In this document: piece after piece, positions 37,024 through 49,560 of the stretch | Numbering within the stretch: position 1 is the first letter of the stretch | Layout of the letters: the number at the start of each line of letters is the position of its first letter | From: Octopus sinensis | Taxonomy: Eukaryota | NCBI RefSeq assembly: GCF_006345805.1 | Contig: NC_043019.1 | Location: forward strand, 10,663,360-10,727,359 | Direction of reading: 5' to 3' | DNA length: 64,000 nt | Notes under the pieces: model-generated | Databases searched by the model: none | Told to the model about the DNA's origin: nothing | What the model saw: the letters and a program-made list of their open reading frames with translations, nothing else | Position numbers and translations under genes: made by a program

Positions 37024-37660
37024 TTAAGCATCAGAAATGGCTGTGTGGTAAGTAGCTTGCTTACCAGGAGTGGCTGTGTGGTAAGTAGCTTGCTTACCAG
37101 CCACATGGTTCTAGGTTCAGTCCCACTGCGTGGCACCTTGGGCAAGTGTCTTCTACTATAGCCTCGGGCCGACCAAAGCCTTGTGAGTAGATTTGGTAGA
37201 CGGAAACTGAAAGAAGCCCGTCGTATGTTGCCAGCATCGCCTGGCCCTGTGCCGGTGACACGTAAAAGCACCATCCGTTCGTGGCCGTTCGCCAGCTCTG
37301 GTTGGCGTTAGGAAGGGCATCCAGCCGTAGAAACACTGCCAGATCTGACTGGGCCTGACGAAGCCTTCCAGCTTCACAGACCCCAGTTGACCCGTCCAAC
37401 CCATGCTAGCATAGAAAGCGGACGCTAAACGATGATATATATATATGCGTGTGTGTGTTTCTCCCCCTAGCATTGTTTGACAACCGATACTGGATGTTTA
37501 TGTCCCCGTTACTTAGCGGTTCGGCAAAAGAGACCGATAGAATAAGTACTGGGCTTACAAAAGAATAAGTCCCGGGGTCGAGTTGCTCGATTAAAGGCGG
37601 TGCTCCAGCATGGCCGCAGTCAAATGACTGAAACAAGTAAAAGAGTAAAGAGTAAAGAGA
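37024..37660 (+). mobile_element. SINE-A with a duplicated head and an RTE 3' fragment nested at its central microsatellite
   Basis: The ~32-nt head segment is repeated at 37037 and 37070; RTE piece at about 37225-37435. Confidence 0.85.
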
Positions 37661-37708
37661 GAGTATTAGGCAATGAATGCAAAAAAGACTACATGGGTAA
37701 TAGTAGTT

Positions 37709-37740
<32 letters not shown>

Positions 37741-38282
37741 GGTGATGGCAATGGTAGTGGTAATTTTCTGGGAGAAATATTCGCTCTGTTATTCTAAGAT
37801 GACAGCAACTAAAGTAAGTTGTCAAAAGAAAATGAAAGACAAGGAGGAGAAAAAAAGACAGAAATCTTTTGAAAATTCCTCAATATTGTAATAATGAGGA
37901 TGAAGTTGAAACCCCGGGCTACATCGTTATACCACACGTTACAGGTAAGTGCTACATAAAAAGGCAATTATCCAAAAGTTCACCGACATTAAGACTACTG
38001 ACCAGGTAATCTAAAAGATTAGCCAAGAGTCAGCGACCTTTAGTGCAAAGTGTTCTTATGCAATGTATATATACACACATATAGTCTAAAAAGTGTATAT
38101 ACACATTATACTAACAGTAAGTATATACACATACACTAACAGTAAGTATGAAAGTACATTGAATGTTTGTAAACAATTTTAGGCTTAAAACATATTTAGT
38201 TTTTCCAGTAAATTTAATCACACTCGAGTCACAATCGTTAGCATGCCATACAAAATTGCTTAGTGGCATTTCTTTCGTCTCT

Positions 38283-38491
38283 CTTTACTCTTTTTACTCT
38301 TTTACTTGTTTCAGTTATTTGACTGTGGCCATGCTGGAGCACCGCCTTTAGTCAAGCAAATCGACCCCAGGACGTATTCTTTTTGTAAGCCTAGAACTTA
38401 TGCTATTGGTCTATTTTCCCGAACCGCTAAGTTACGGGGAAACAAACACACCAGCATCGGTTGTCAAGCGCTGTTGGGGGGACAAACACAG

Positions 38492-38538
<47 letters not shown>

Positions 38539-38655
38539 TACAATGGGCTTCTTTCAGTTTCCGTCTACCAAATCCACTCACAAGGCTTTGGTCGGCCCGA
38601 GGCTATAGTAGAAGACACTTGCCCAAGGTGCCACGCAGTGGGACTGAACCCTGAA
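38283..38655 (-). mobile_element. SINE-A, head truncated
   Basis: Family match. Confidence 0.9.
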
Positions 38656-39905
38656 CCATATATTATAAACAAGCTTTGGAAGCATTGAATGTGGCTGGTA
38701 TTGTACAGACAAGAAAGTAAATTTCAAATGCATTAAAGCTGTAACAGTAAGGATTGAATATTTACCCTTATAAGACAGAAAAATTTTTCCCGCAGGTGGA
38801 TACACGAGTTGAACCTGTACCCCTCAGATACTGGCTGAGTCCTCTACATACATACACACACACACACACACTCTTCTATAGTGACCACTAATGATATAGA
38901 ACTGATCAGATGGATAGATAGGATGAGGGGCTACTAAAAGAACAGGAGCGGGGCGGGGGGGGGGGATGAAGGTAGACAGCTCTGGGTGGATAAGAAGAAA
39001 TGTAGCTGGACAAGCAAACAGGACAGTCCGGGTAGATGATAGGGGTGGTGAGGGGGGGGGCATCTCAGTGGTGGATGGAGCAGATGGAAGAAAGTTGAAG
39101 CTGGAAGCTGAAGCTGGGCAGCAGCGAAGAGACACAATGGCCATGTTATTTATTTCTGAGTCATCACCATTGGTGATGGGGATAGATGAGGAGGGAGCCG
39201 TGAGATAAGGGTAGATGGGTGGATTAGGGTTTAACATAGATTAGTCAGAAGATAAAGCTACAACCAGATAAACATGCACAAAAACAACAGCAGCAGCAGC
39301 AGTAACATCAGAAACAGTTATCAATACCTACAATGGATTGTTCTATTTGCTAGAAATAACAGCTAAATTTTCTTCATGTTACTACACTCTATAGGTGTAG
39401 GCATGGCTGTGTGGTTAAAAAGCTTGCTTTGCAATTACAAGGTTTTGAGTTCAGTCCCACTGCAGGACATCATGGGCAAGCGCCTTCTACTATAATCCAG
39501 GGCCAACTAATGCCTTATGAGTGGATTTGGTAGACAGAAATAGTGTGAATCCCAGAGAATGTGTGTTTGTGTGCTTCTGTCAGTTACCCCACCCACCCAA
39601 CTGCTTAACAACCAGTGTTGGTTTAATTGCATCCCCTTAACTTAGCAGTTCAGCAAAGTGAGTCCAATGGAAAAAGCACTAAGGGTGATTTGTTTCAAGT
39701 AAAAATCCTTCGAGGCAGTGCTCCAGCATAGCCACAGTCCAACGACTGAAACAAGTAAACGATAAAAGATATCTTGAGAAAGTAGGCTTCTTAGACCAGT
39801 AGTTCTCAGCCATGTTTTACCTAGGGACCCTCTTTTGATTCAAATTTTAGTTGGGCAGTCTCTCATAGCTATTTGATGTCTAAAAAAAATTCCTATTATA
39901 TTTTT

Positions 39906-40316
39906 ATACTCTTTTACTTGTTTCAGTCATTTGACTGCGGCCATGCTGGAGCACCGCCTTTAATTGAGCAACTCGACCCCGGGACTTATTCTTTTGTAAG
40001 CCCAGTACTTATTCTATCGGTCTCTTTTGCCGAACCGCTAAGTGACAGGGACGTAAACACACCAGCATCGGTTGTCAAACAATGCTAGGGGGACAAACAC
40101 AGACACACAAACATACACTCACACACATAAATATATATATATACATATATACGATGGGCTTCTTTCAGTTTCCGTCTACCAAATCCACTCACAAGGCTTT
40201 GGTCGGCCCGAGGCTATAGCAGAAGACACTTGCCCAAGGTGCCACGCAGTGGGACTGAACCCAGAACCATGTGGTTGGTAAACAAGCTACTTACCACACA
40301 GCCACTCCTGCGCCTA
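39906..40316 (-). mobile_element. SINE-A, young full-length copy
   Basis: Family match end to end. Confidence 0.93.
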
Positions 40317-40394
40317 TATATGATGTGTGTGTGTCATGTTTATGTTAAAAGATTAACAACAGTTAATGATAATCATCATCATAATGCAATAACA

Positions 40395-41215
40395 ACATAA
40401 GTTTCGTATTTTGGTAGAAGGCTGGCGATTTTTAAGGGGAAGAGGGTTAATCGATTACATCGGTCTCTGTGCTTAACTGCTATTTAATTTCATCGAACCT
40501 GAAAAAGCTAACCTGGGGTTAAGCAACAACATCAGTAGCGCTAACAACAGTTAATGATAATGTGACTAACAACTGCCACAAAGGCATTAGTTTCAAATTT
40601 TGGTAGAAGGGTGGCGATTTTTAGGGGCAAGTGAGTTAGTTGATTACATCAGCCTCAGTGCTTGATTGCTATTTAATTTCATCGACCCCGAAAGATGAAA
40701 GGCAAAGTTGACCTCATCGCTATTTGAACTCGGAATGTAAAGAAAATGAAGAAATGCCGTTAAGTATTTCTTTCTCCAGCACACTAATAATTCTTATTTC
40801 TTTACTGCCCACAAGGGGCTACATACACACAGAGGAGACAAACAAGGAAAGATAAATGGATTAAGTCGATTACATTGACCCCAGTGCGTAACTGGTACTT
40901 ATTTAATCTACCCCGAAAGGATGAAAGGCAAAGTAGACCTCGGCGAAATTTGAACTCAGAACATAGCAGCACACTAATAATTCTTATTTCTTTACTACCC
41001 ACAAGGGGCTAAACACAGAGAAGACAAACAAGGACAAACAAATGGATTAAGTCGATTATATCGACCCCAGTGCGTAACTGGTACTTAATTCATCAACCCC
41101 GAAAGGATGAAAGGCAAAGTAGACCTCGGCGAAATTTGAACTCAGAACATAGCAGCAGACGAAATACCACTAAGCATTTTTCCCGGCGTGCTAACGATTC
41201 TGCCAGCTTGCCGTC
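40395..41215 (-). mobile_element. SINE-B cluster (two alternative-tail remnants, two standard-tail units)
   Basis: Family match; includes a repeated cacactaataattcttatttcttt junction. Confidence 0.85.
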
Positions 41216-41876
41216 TTGGCAACAATAACAACATTAATAACAGTAACAACAACAGAGAGTATCTCCATACTCCAACTGTAGTGATGGTGGTCGTGGTGGT
41301 GGTTGTGTTTACTGCAGCAGGCTGTTCTTTGCTAGTCACAGCTATTGTGCTAAACACCAGGCTATCATATTGGATGTAATATTACAGAATCTTCTGTGCC
41401 ATAATAATAATGGATGAAGACCACTCAATCTACATTGATGTGATTGGCAAAGTCACACAACAGGAAACAGAAGATCTACCAAAGCTGATGGTGAGGCAGG
41501 GTGAAACGCATCTCAGTTGCGGCCACTTGAAGGAGAAGACAATAGAAATAGCAACCAAGGCTTTCAGATCCATTAAAAAAAAAAAGGACACTTTGAATAA
41601 TTTAATCCAAGATTAACTATGTCTGTCTGTAAAGATGAGATAGTCACATCTAGAATGTCTTTAATCATAGATCTGCTGCTGCTGGATCAGAGCTGACCTT
41701 GGGTTAAACAACACAAAATATCAGCATGCTACTTACTACATGGCTTTTTGACTAGCTAAAAATAGCAGCCCCTAGCCCCCATGCCACACACTACTATCTT
41801 AAAAAAAGGGAGGTTGTGAAGAATAATGTAGTCCTAAATATACTGTACTTGAAATAAAAATAAAAGCATGGATATA

Positions 41877-42037
41877 CCGTATTTTAACATGTATAAAGAA
41901 CCCCCTAATTTTGGGGGCTTAAAATTTGGAAAAAAGGTTTTGTAAGGGATTATAAAACTATCCCTATATAAGAAACTCCCATATTTTTTAAATCTAATTT
42001 ATGAAAAAAAGGGTTCCTTATACACGTTAAAATATGG
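41877..42037. mobile_element. 161-bp MITE, Tc1/mariner superfamily (Tc2/pogo-like ends)
   Basis: TA|CCGTATTTTAACATGTATAA...TTATACACGTTAAAATATGG|TA; about 20-30-bp imperfect TIRs with TA on both sides. Confidence 0.8.
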
Positions 42038-42047
42038 TAGAATGTTA

Positions 42048-42270
42048 GTAACGTTAGCACGCCGGGCGAAATGCGTAGCCGTATTTCGTCTGTCATTACG
42101 TTCCGAGTTCAAATTCCGCCAAGGTCGACTTTGCCTTTCATCCTTTCCTTTCGGGGTCGATAAATTAAGTACCAGTTTCGCACTGGGGTCGTTGTAATCG
42201 ACTCAATCCCTTTGTCTGTCCTTGTTTGTCCCCTCTATGTTTAGCTCCTTGTGGGTAGTAAAGAAATATA
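42048..42270 (+). mobile_element. SINE-B monomer
   Basis: Family match. Confidence 0.9.
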
Positions 42271-42535
42271 TATTGGCCTGATTGATCAGAAGTGACACGG
42301 GGCTAAATGACAGCAACAACACTAATAACAACAACTGGATATCTGTAGCAACAGACGAACAAAGGAACCTCTTTATTTTTGCCTGTCTTATTAGAAATAG
42401 CAGTCAAATTTCACTCAAATCACACCTTCACGCCAAAAACAGACAAACGGAGCCTGAGCAGCTCTCTAAGCTGGCCAATTCCTGTGAAACTGAACGACCC
42501 ATGCCAGCCTTTAGTCAAGGAAATCGACCCCAGTC

Positions 42536-42567
<32 letters not shown>

Positions 42568-42868
42568 CTGTGTTTGTCCCCACCACCATCACTTATGTTG
42601 GTGTGTTTGCGTTCCCGTAACTTAGCGGTTCGGCAAAAGAGACCGATAAAATGGATGTCAAAAGATGACAATGATGATGATGATGATGATGACATATTGG
42701 GGGTGGGGATGCAGGCAGTCACTAATATAACAGATATACAGAAAGATGAGATGTCATGTCTGGAGCATCTCTGATCATAACTCTGGTTGATTGAAAGCTA
42801 GCACAGGGCTAAACTACAACTGCAAGAAGCAGCTGTAGAGAAAAACACAAACACAACTGCACACCTAC

Positions 42869-43089
42869 GCCACTGCCGCCCACACTGAAAGTCGCACAAG
42901 CAAGCGGCAGTGGTGTTTACATGGAAGTAGCTGTGGTGCAGACAGCTAACAGCCCGACACCGAACTGCACCCGATGTGCAACGGAACAGGGGCGAGTCAA
43001 AACAAAAGTGAGAGAGAGAGAGAGATGACATCTTCCGTTGTTTCGTGGTGATCGGAGATGTTCGGCTGGAGATGCGACGACAGTAGAGG
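42869..43089 (-). other. Candidate (probably non-coding/UTR) exon of an unidentified gene
   Basis: Strong acceptor tttgttttttctctctcttcttcttcctcggctgcag| and donor ggc|gtaggt; unique, CpG-rich sequence. One frame is open but has no recognisable homology. Confidence 0.35.
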
Positions 43090-43140
43090 CTGCAGCCGAG
43101 GAAGAAGAGAAGAGAGAGAAAAAACAAAGGTGCAACAGAT

Positions 43141-43317
43141 AGGCGCAGGAGTGGCTGTGTGGTAAGTAGCTTGTTTACCAACCACATGGTTGCAGGTTCA
43201 GTCCCACTGTGTGGCACCTTGGGCAAGTGTCTTCTACTATAGCCTCGGGCCGACCAAAGCCTTGCGAGTGGATTTGGTAGACGGAAACTGAAAGAAGCCC
43301 GCCGTATATATGTATAT

Positions 43318-43393
<76 letters not shown>

Positions 43394-43952
43394 TTGTGTG
43401 TCTGTGTTTGTCCCCCTAGCATTGCTTGACAACTGATGCTGGTGTGTTTATGTCCCCGTTACTTAGCGGTTCGGCAAAAGAGACCGATAGAATAAGTACT
43501 GGGCTTACAAAAAACAATAAGTCCCAGGCGCAGGAGTGGCTGTGTGGTAAGTAGCTTGCTAACCAACCACATGGTTCCGGGTTCAGTCCCACTGCGTGGC
43601 ATCTTGGGCAAGTGTCTTCTGCTATAGCCCCGGGCCGAGCAATGCCTTGTGAGTGGATTTGGTAGACGGAAACTGAAAGAAGCCTGTCGTATATATGTAT
43701 ATATGTATGTATGTGTGTGTGTGTGTTTGTGTGTCTGTGTTTGTCCCCCCCCCCACCACCATTGCTTGACAACCGATGCTGGTGTGTTTGCGTCCCCGTC
43801 ACTTAGCGGTTCGGCAAAAGAGACCGATAGAATAAGTACTGGGCTTACAAAAAAGAATCAGTCCAGGGGTCGATTTGCTCGATTAAAAAGGTGGTGCTCC
43901 ATCATGGCCGCAGTCAAAACGACTGAAACAAGTAAAAGAGAGTAAAAAGAGT
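43141..43952 (+). mobile_element. Two SINE-A copies in tandem (first cut at about 43525, second full length)
   Basis: aggcgcaggagtggctgtgtgg heads at 43141 and 43526. Confidence 0.92.
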
Positions 43953-44461
43953 ATGAAACTGCTGAGTAAGAACAACAACAACAACAACAAAACCAAACTG
44001 CAACGGTAGCAGCAGCATCAATGGTGGAACAGCGATAGTGTAAGAACAGCTGAGGTGAGGAAGAGACGATGAGGTGGAACGTGAAGCTGAGGAGGAGGCG
44101 AGAGAGGGAGAGAGAAGTGGGACAAATATTGATCATTCGTCTTGTTTTTCCAACGAATGCAGCAGACGCTGGTTCCACAACAACAAAAACAAGTGCAATT
44201 TAGTGCAGCATCAGTCGACTCGGTATTGTTATGATTACGGCGTTAGAGGCAAAAACTAGCTTTGCTATTTACGTTGGCATCCATGTCAGCTGAACACGTT
44301 CTCCCCCCCCGCCCCCCACCTTCCTTTCTCTCTCACTCTCTCCACACACACATCATCATCATCATCATGATGTAAGAATTGTAGAGTATATTTAACCTTT
44401 TGGTAACCATATTTCTGTTGAAATTCACTGACTTTCATTTCAGTAAATTTTCAAAATACTT

Positions 44462-45200
44462 TTTTTTTACTCTTTTACTAGTTTCGGTCATTTTAACTGC
44501 GGCCATGCTGGAGCACCGCCTTTAGTCAAGAAAATCGATCCCCCCCCCAGGACTTATTCTTTGTAAGCCTAGCACTTATTCTATATCGGTCTCTTTTACC
44601 GAACCGCTAAGTTACACAGACGTAAACACACCAGTACCGGTTGTCAAGCGATGTTGGGGGGGACAAACACAGACACACAAACATATATACACACACACAC
44701 ACATATATATACATATATACGACGGGCTTCTTTCAGTTTCCATCTACCAAATCGACTCACAAGGCTTTAGTAAATGGAAACTCAAAGAAGCCTGCCATAT
44801 ATATATATATATATATATAGGTATGATTGTGCAGTAAGAAGCTTGCTTCTCAATCACATGGTTCCGGATTCAGTCCCACTGCGTGGCGCCTTAGGCAAGT
44901 GTCTTCTACTATAGCCTTGGGCCGACCAAAGCCTTGTGAGTGGATTTGGTAGATGGAAACTGAAAGAAGCCTGTCGTGTGTATATATATATGTATATGTT
45001 TGTGTATCTGTGTGTGTGTCCCATCATCGCTTGACAACTAATGTCGGTGTGTTTGCGTTCCCGTAACTTAGCAGTTCGGCAAAAGAGACCGATGAAATAA
45101 GTACTAGGCTTACAAAGGATGAGTCCTTGGGTCGATCCGTTCAACTAAAGGCAGTGCTCCAGCATGGCCACAGTCCAATGACAGACACGAATGAAAGATA
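44462..45200. mobile_element. SINE-A copies in opposite orientation (minus 44462-44770, plus 44820-45200)
   Basis: Family match in both orientations with a short plus-strand fragment between them. Confidence 0.88.
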
Positions 45201-45909
45201 ACACTTTTAAAAATTCTATAAAATACCAACTCGGGAAAACAAAACTTAAATAAGATAACTCTGAAGTTACTAAACAACTTCACAATTGAGCATTATTATA
45301 TATAGATGCACATACACACACACACACCACTATAATTTTCAAGCTAGATGTAGGTCACCACTTCTAAATTCTAACACTGTTGTCTATTCATTGAATGTTG
45401 AAAGCTTACTTCAAGCCATAAAATTATGGACTACTTGGCATACCACAAATATATAATAACACATATGCACAGAGCCAATACAGAAAGTTGACACAGAGGG
45501 CTGTGATATATTGTGTGTACAATTATGCATAAAAACAATCAAACATGAATTGAAAAAGCACTTATATACACTTAGAACATAAAATATATTTAATCACTCA
45601 GTTGATTTTGTTGTTTATCTCTATGGTATAGGAGACACTGTATTTGCCAGAAAATCCATATTTTAGGTCATTTTATATTTTTCATTAGTGAAATAAAAGA
45701 AATAAAGTATATATATATATATACACACACACATACATACATACATACATATATGTATATCATCATCGTTTAGCGTTCGCTTTCCATGCTAGCATGGGTT
45801 GGACAGTGGTGGTGCCCCAGCATGGCCGTGGCCTTCGGGCTGAAACATTTTTAAGGATTTAAGGATATATATATTTACATATTTTTTTTAATCATATGAG
45901 AACTTAAGA

Positions 45910-45957
45910 TTTGTATATAGCTGCTATTTCAGTCTAGTTGGATTTCATCAGTACAAA
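45910..45957 (-). ncRNA. Candidate type I hammerhead ribozyme
   Basis: Minus-strand RNA: UUUGUA CUGAUGA AAUC-CAACUA-GACU GAAA UAG-CAG-CUA U A UACAAA. Complete core (CUGANGA, GAAA, NUH = AUA), 6-bp perfect stem I, 4-bp stem III, and stem II with 3 of 4 pairs. Confidence 0.7.
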
Positions 45958-46294
45958 GAAAAGGATGACAACTCTGAAATTTCCTGTTGTGTCCTTGAGC
46001 AAGGCACATCATTTCATTGTCATATAATGTCCATCTTCCACGCTCGGATGAGCATGATGGTTCAATGGGATCCAAGCCAGAGAATTATGCTGAGCACCAA
46101 TGCTTTGGCATAATTTCTATAGCCCGATGCTCTTTCTAGTGTCAACCATTTGACACAATGGTTCTAATCCATTTTTTGCCTGTGGAACTTTTTGATTCCT
46201 ATTTTACTCTACTGGATCTCCATAGCCATTTGATGTGCATTAGAAAAAATCCTACTGTATTCTTATAATTAAAGAGTCAGCAGAAATTCGCCAT

Positions 46295-46425
46295 TACCTT
46301 CTGCCGGAACCGCATGGAGCTTAGGTGTTTCGCTCATAAACACACACATCGCCCTGCCTAAGATTCGAACCCACAATCCCTCAACCATGAGTCTGCTGCT
46401 CTAAGCACTAGGCTATGTGCCGCCA
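46295..46425 (-). mobile_element. SINE-D head, diverged
   Basis: Reverse-complement match to 16500 and 55848. Confidence 0.75.
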
Positions 46426-47699
46426 CATATTCATATATATATACAAACAATATTTTTTATTGTAGGGCTATAAATATTGAAGTGGGCACTAAAATATTTG
46501 CGGTAGAGCATAAATAGTTATTAAAATGTTGTTAGGATTTAAGTTCTCACAGAATTTATTGCTCAAGTTTGGCAGTCAAAGCTGATAGTTCTGCTGAAGT
46601 TGGTATGAAACTTTCTGAAGCTGTAGAATAAATTAAATCTTTGCCAGGGCCTGAGAGTTCTTCAAACAATCATGTAATAAGGTTTGTTCATCCATGTTCA
46701 GATGTTGGAATGAACATTTAAGGGTAGAACTTCTCTGAGTGTGCATGAGTGTGTGTGTTCTTAGGATCATAATGAGATAATGTTCTAGACTGTTCATCAT
46801 CATCATCATCATCATTTAAAGTCCATCTTCCATGCTGGGTTCAAGCAAGGGTTCGAGGACTGCATTGTGATCCAGTGTCTGCTTTGACATGACTTTTAGG
46901 GCTAAATACCCTTCCTAAAGCCAACACCTTAACATCATGTACCAGATTTTTTTTTTCATGAACCTAACACCAGTGAGGTCACCTTGCAGCTTGCCAGATA
47001 TGAAGCTTGAGGGAGGGGTGGCTTTACGCTAAGAGGGAGGGTGGTTTTATACAAGGAAATGAGGTTTCAAGTATGAGAGAAATGGGTAGGACAGAGCAGG
47101 TTTTTTAGTAGGAGCTGTGTCCAGGTTTTTAGAATAATCGTGTATTCAACTCTTCAGCAAGACACTCACTCCTTCCCCTCTATCATACTTTCATATCTCT
47201 CAATACTATACCCTATTCAGCTGAAAGGTCTTGTCTCATGGATAACTTGGTGCCACAAAGAAAAAACTACACCCAGAAGACTCTGTGAAGTGGCTGGTAT
47301 CAAGAAGGGCTTCCAGCTATAGAAAGCTTGCCAAAGCAGAGCTTGGAGCAATCTCCTGGCTCAACAGTTTGTATTAAACCATCCAAATTATGCTAGCATG
47401 GAGACATTAGATAATGATGATGATGATGATGATGATGGTGATTGCCATTGTCATAGCAGGGGTAGTGTAGTTTTTTTTTAAAGATGGTAGGATGGTTGTG
47501 TGTGGTTTGAGGGAGGTTTGGCTATCCTTTCTTGTAGACTTAGTGACAGCATAGAGGTTCCATCATTTTGTGGAGTGGCAAAATAAGTAGAGTACTAAAC
47601 CAAATGCCTTACTGTAGCATATGTGGCACTCTTGCTCTATAGTTCAACCCCATTTGGGATGGTCATAACTGGAACATCATCATCATCATCATCATCATC

Positions 47700-48180
47700 A
47701 TCATAAATCATCGTTTAACGTCCGCTTTCCATGCTAGCATGGGTTGGACGATTTTGACTGAGGGCTGGCAACCAGATGGCTGCACCAGGCTCCAGTCTTG
47801 ATCTGGCAGAGTTTCTACAGCTGGATGCCCTTCCTAAAGCCAACCACTCCGAGAGTGTAGTGGGTGCTTTTTACGTGCCACCTGCACGGGGGCCAGTCAG
47901 TCAGTACTGGCAATGAACTCGCTCGAATCTTTTTACACGTGCCACCAGCACAGGTGCTAGTAAGGCAACGCTGGTAATGATTACACTTGAATGGTGCTTT
48001 TTATGTGCCACTGGCACGGGGGCCAGTCAGGCAGTACTGGCAATGAACTCGCTCGAATCTTTTTACACGTGCCAGTGAAGCGACGTTGGTAACGATCACG
48101 TCTGAATGGTGCCCTTTTACGTGCCACGGGTACAAAAGCCAGTTGGCTACTCTGGCAACGATCACGCTCGGATGGTGCAT
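47700..48180 (-). mobile_element. RTE 3' UTR fragment with internal tandem repeats
   Basis: Family match; gccagtcag...ggcaatgaactcgctcgaatc is duplicated. Confidence 0.88.
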
Positions 48181-49154
48181 AAATCGTTGGGCATAAATCT
48201 GTTACATCAAGACTTATTCGATGCCGAAAAAAAACAAGCTGGAGCTGCTATGTTCTTCACGTGACAAATACAAATGTGGTGAATTGGGGTGCAATGAGTC
48301 GTACTCAATTAAGCAAGAGAACGAAAGATCTTCAGCACCGAAGCTTGTTGCTCAACCGGCTCCGTACGTGACATACTTCTGCTCAATTATGGCTGAGATG
48401 GCACAATAACAACATAACTAACATGCTTTCATGCAGAAACATAAGAAGAAAAAAAACAGCTGATGGAAAGATAATTTAAATCTTCGGTGTTTGATTGGCT
48501 GGTTGGTCGGTCAACGGAGGTCAGTTCATGGGGCACCATTGAGATATGGTTGAATCAGTCGGTTATCTAGTACAGTGAAGAAACACAACACGTGGTATAC
48601 ATGTCATGAGTTATAAATATCTAGAGAACACCTGGTTCAATTCTCATGCCGTTCTATATTTATATAAGTTTGTTTGTATGCTTGTGTGTGTGTGTGTGTG
48701 TGTGTATGATTTACTTGACTGAATACAACGATAGCAAAGGGACCATTCAATGTTCTGGTATATTTGCAATTCATTAGTAGAAAGAGGGAGAGAAGGAAGT
48801 GGGGGAAGAGAGAGAGAGGGCAAAGACAGAGAAAGAAAAGGGGGAAAGAGAGAGAGAGAGAGAGGTTCTGGCTCACCTGAGAAATTGTAAGCATTAATAA
48901 CAATTGTCAATAGCTTTATGACTGTCTTACAATACTAGAAATAGCAGTCAAACACTCTCAAACTCCAGCCTACTGTCGTAAACAAACGAAAAGGAGGAGT
49001 GGGGTTGCACGTGATAGATGAAGTCTTGTGTTTGTAGTATATAAAAAGACTTGATTAGTCATGACTTACGATAAGAATTCTTTCTTGCTGTATCAGGACT
49101 GACCTAAGGTCAGCCACAATAACAGCTGTTGATGGTTATTGATTGCAAATGTCA

Positions 49155-49560
49155 GAGTGGCTGTGTGGTAAGTAGCTTGCTAACCAACCACATGCTTCCA
49201 GGTTCAGTCCCACTGCGTGGCATCTTGGGCAAGTGTCTTCTGCTATAGCCCCGGGCCAACCAATGCCTTGTGAGTGGATTTGGTAGACGGAAACTGAAAG
49301 AAGCCTGTCGTATATATGTATATATATATATGTATGCGTGTGTGTGTGTCTGTGTTTGTCCCCCTAGCATTGCTTGACAACCGATGCTGGTGTGTTTATG
49401 TCCCCGTCACCTAGCAGTTCGGCAAAAGAGACCGATAGAATAAGTACTGGGCCTACAAAGAATAAGTCCTGGAGTCGAGTTGCTCGATTAAAGGCGGTGC
49501 TCCAGCATGGCCGCAGTCAAAATGACTGAAACAAGTAAAAAGAGTAAAAGAGTAAAGAGT
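49155..49560 (+). mobile_element. SINE-A, young copy
   Basis: Family match. Confidence 0.92.

Noticed and set aside
44190-44202. aattgcacttgt on the minus strand matches the 5' 12 nt of miR-92
   Set aside because: The remaining sequence differs and no precursor hairpin forms.
48558-48572. ggttatctag resembles part of miR-9
   Set aside because: Only a 10-nt match, with no seed and no hairpin.
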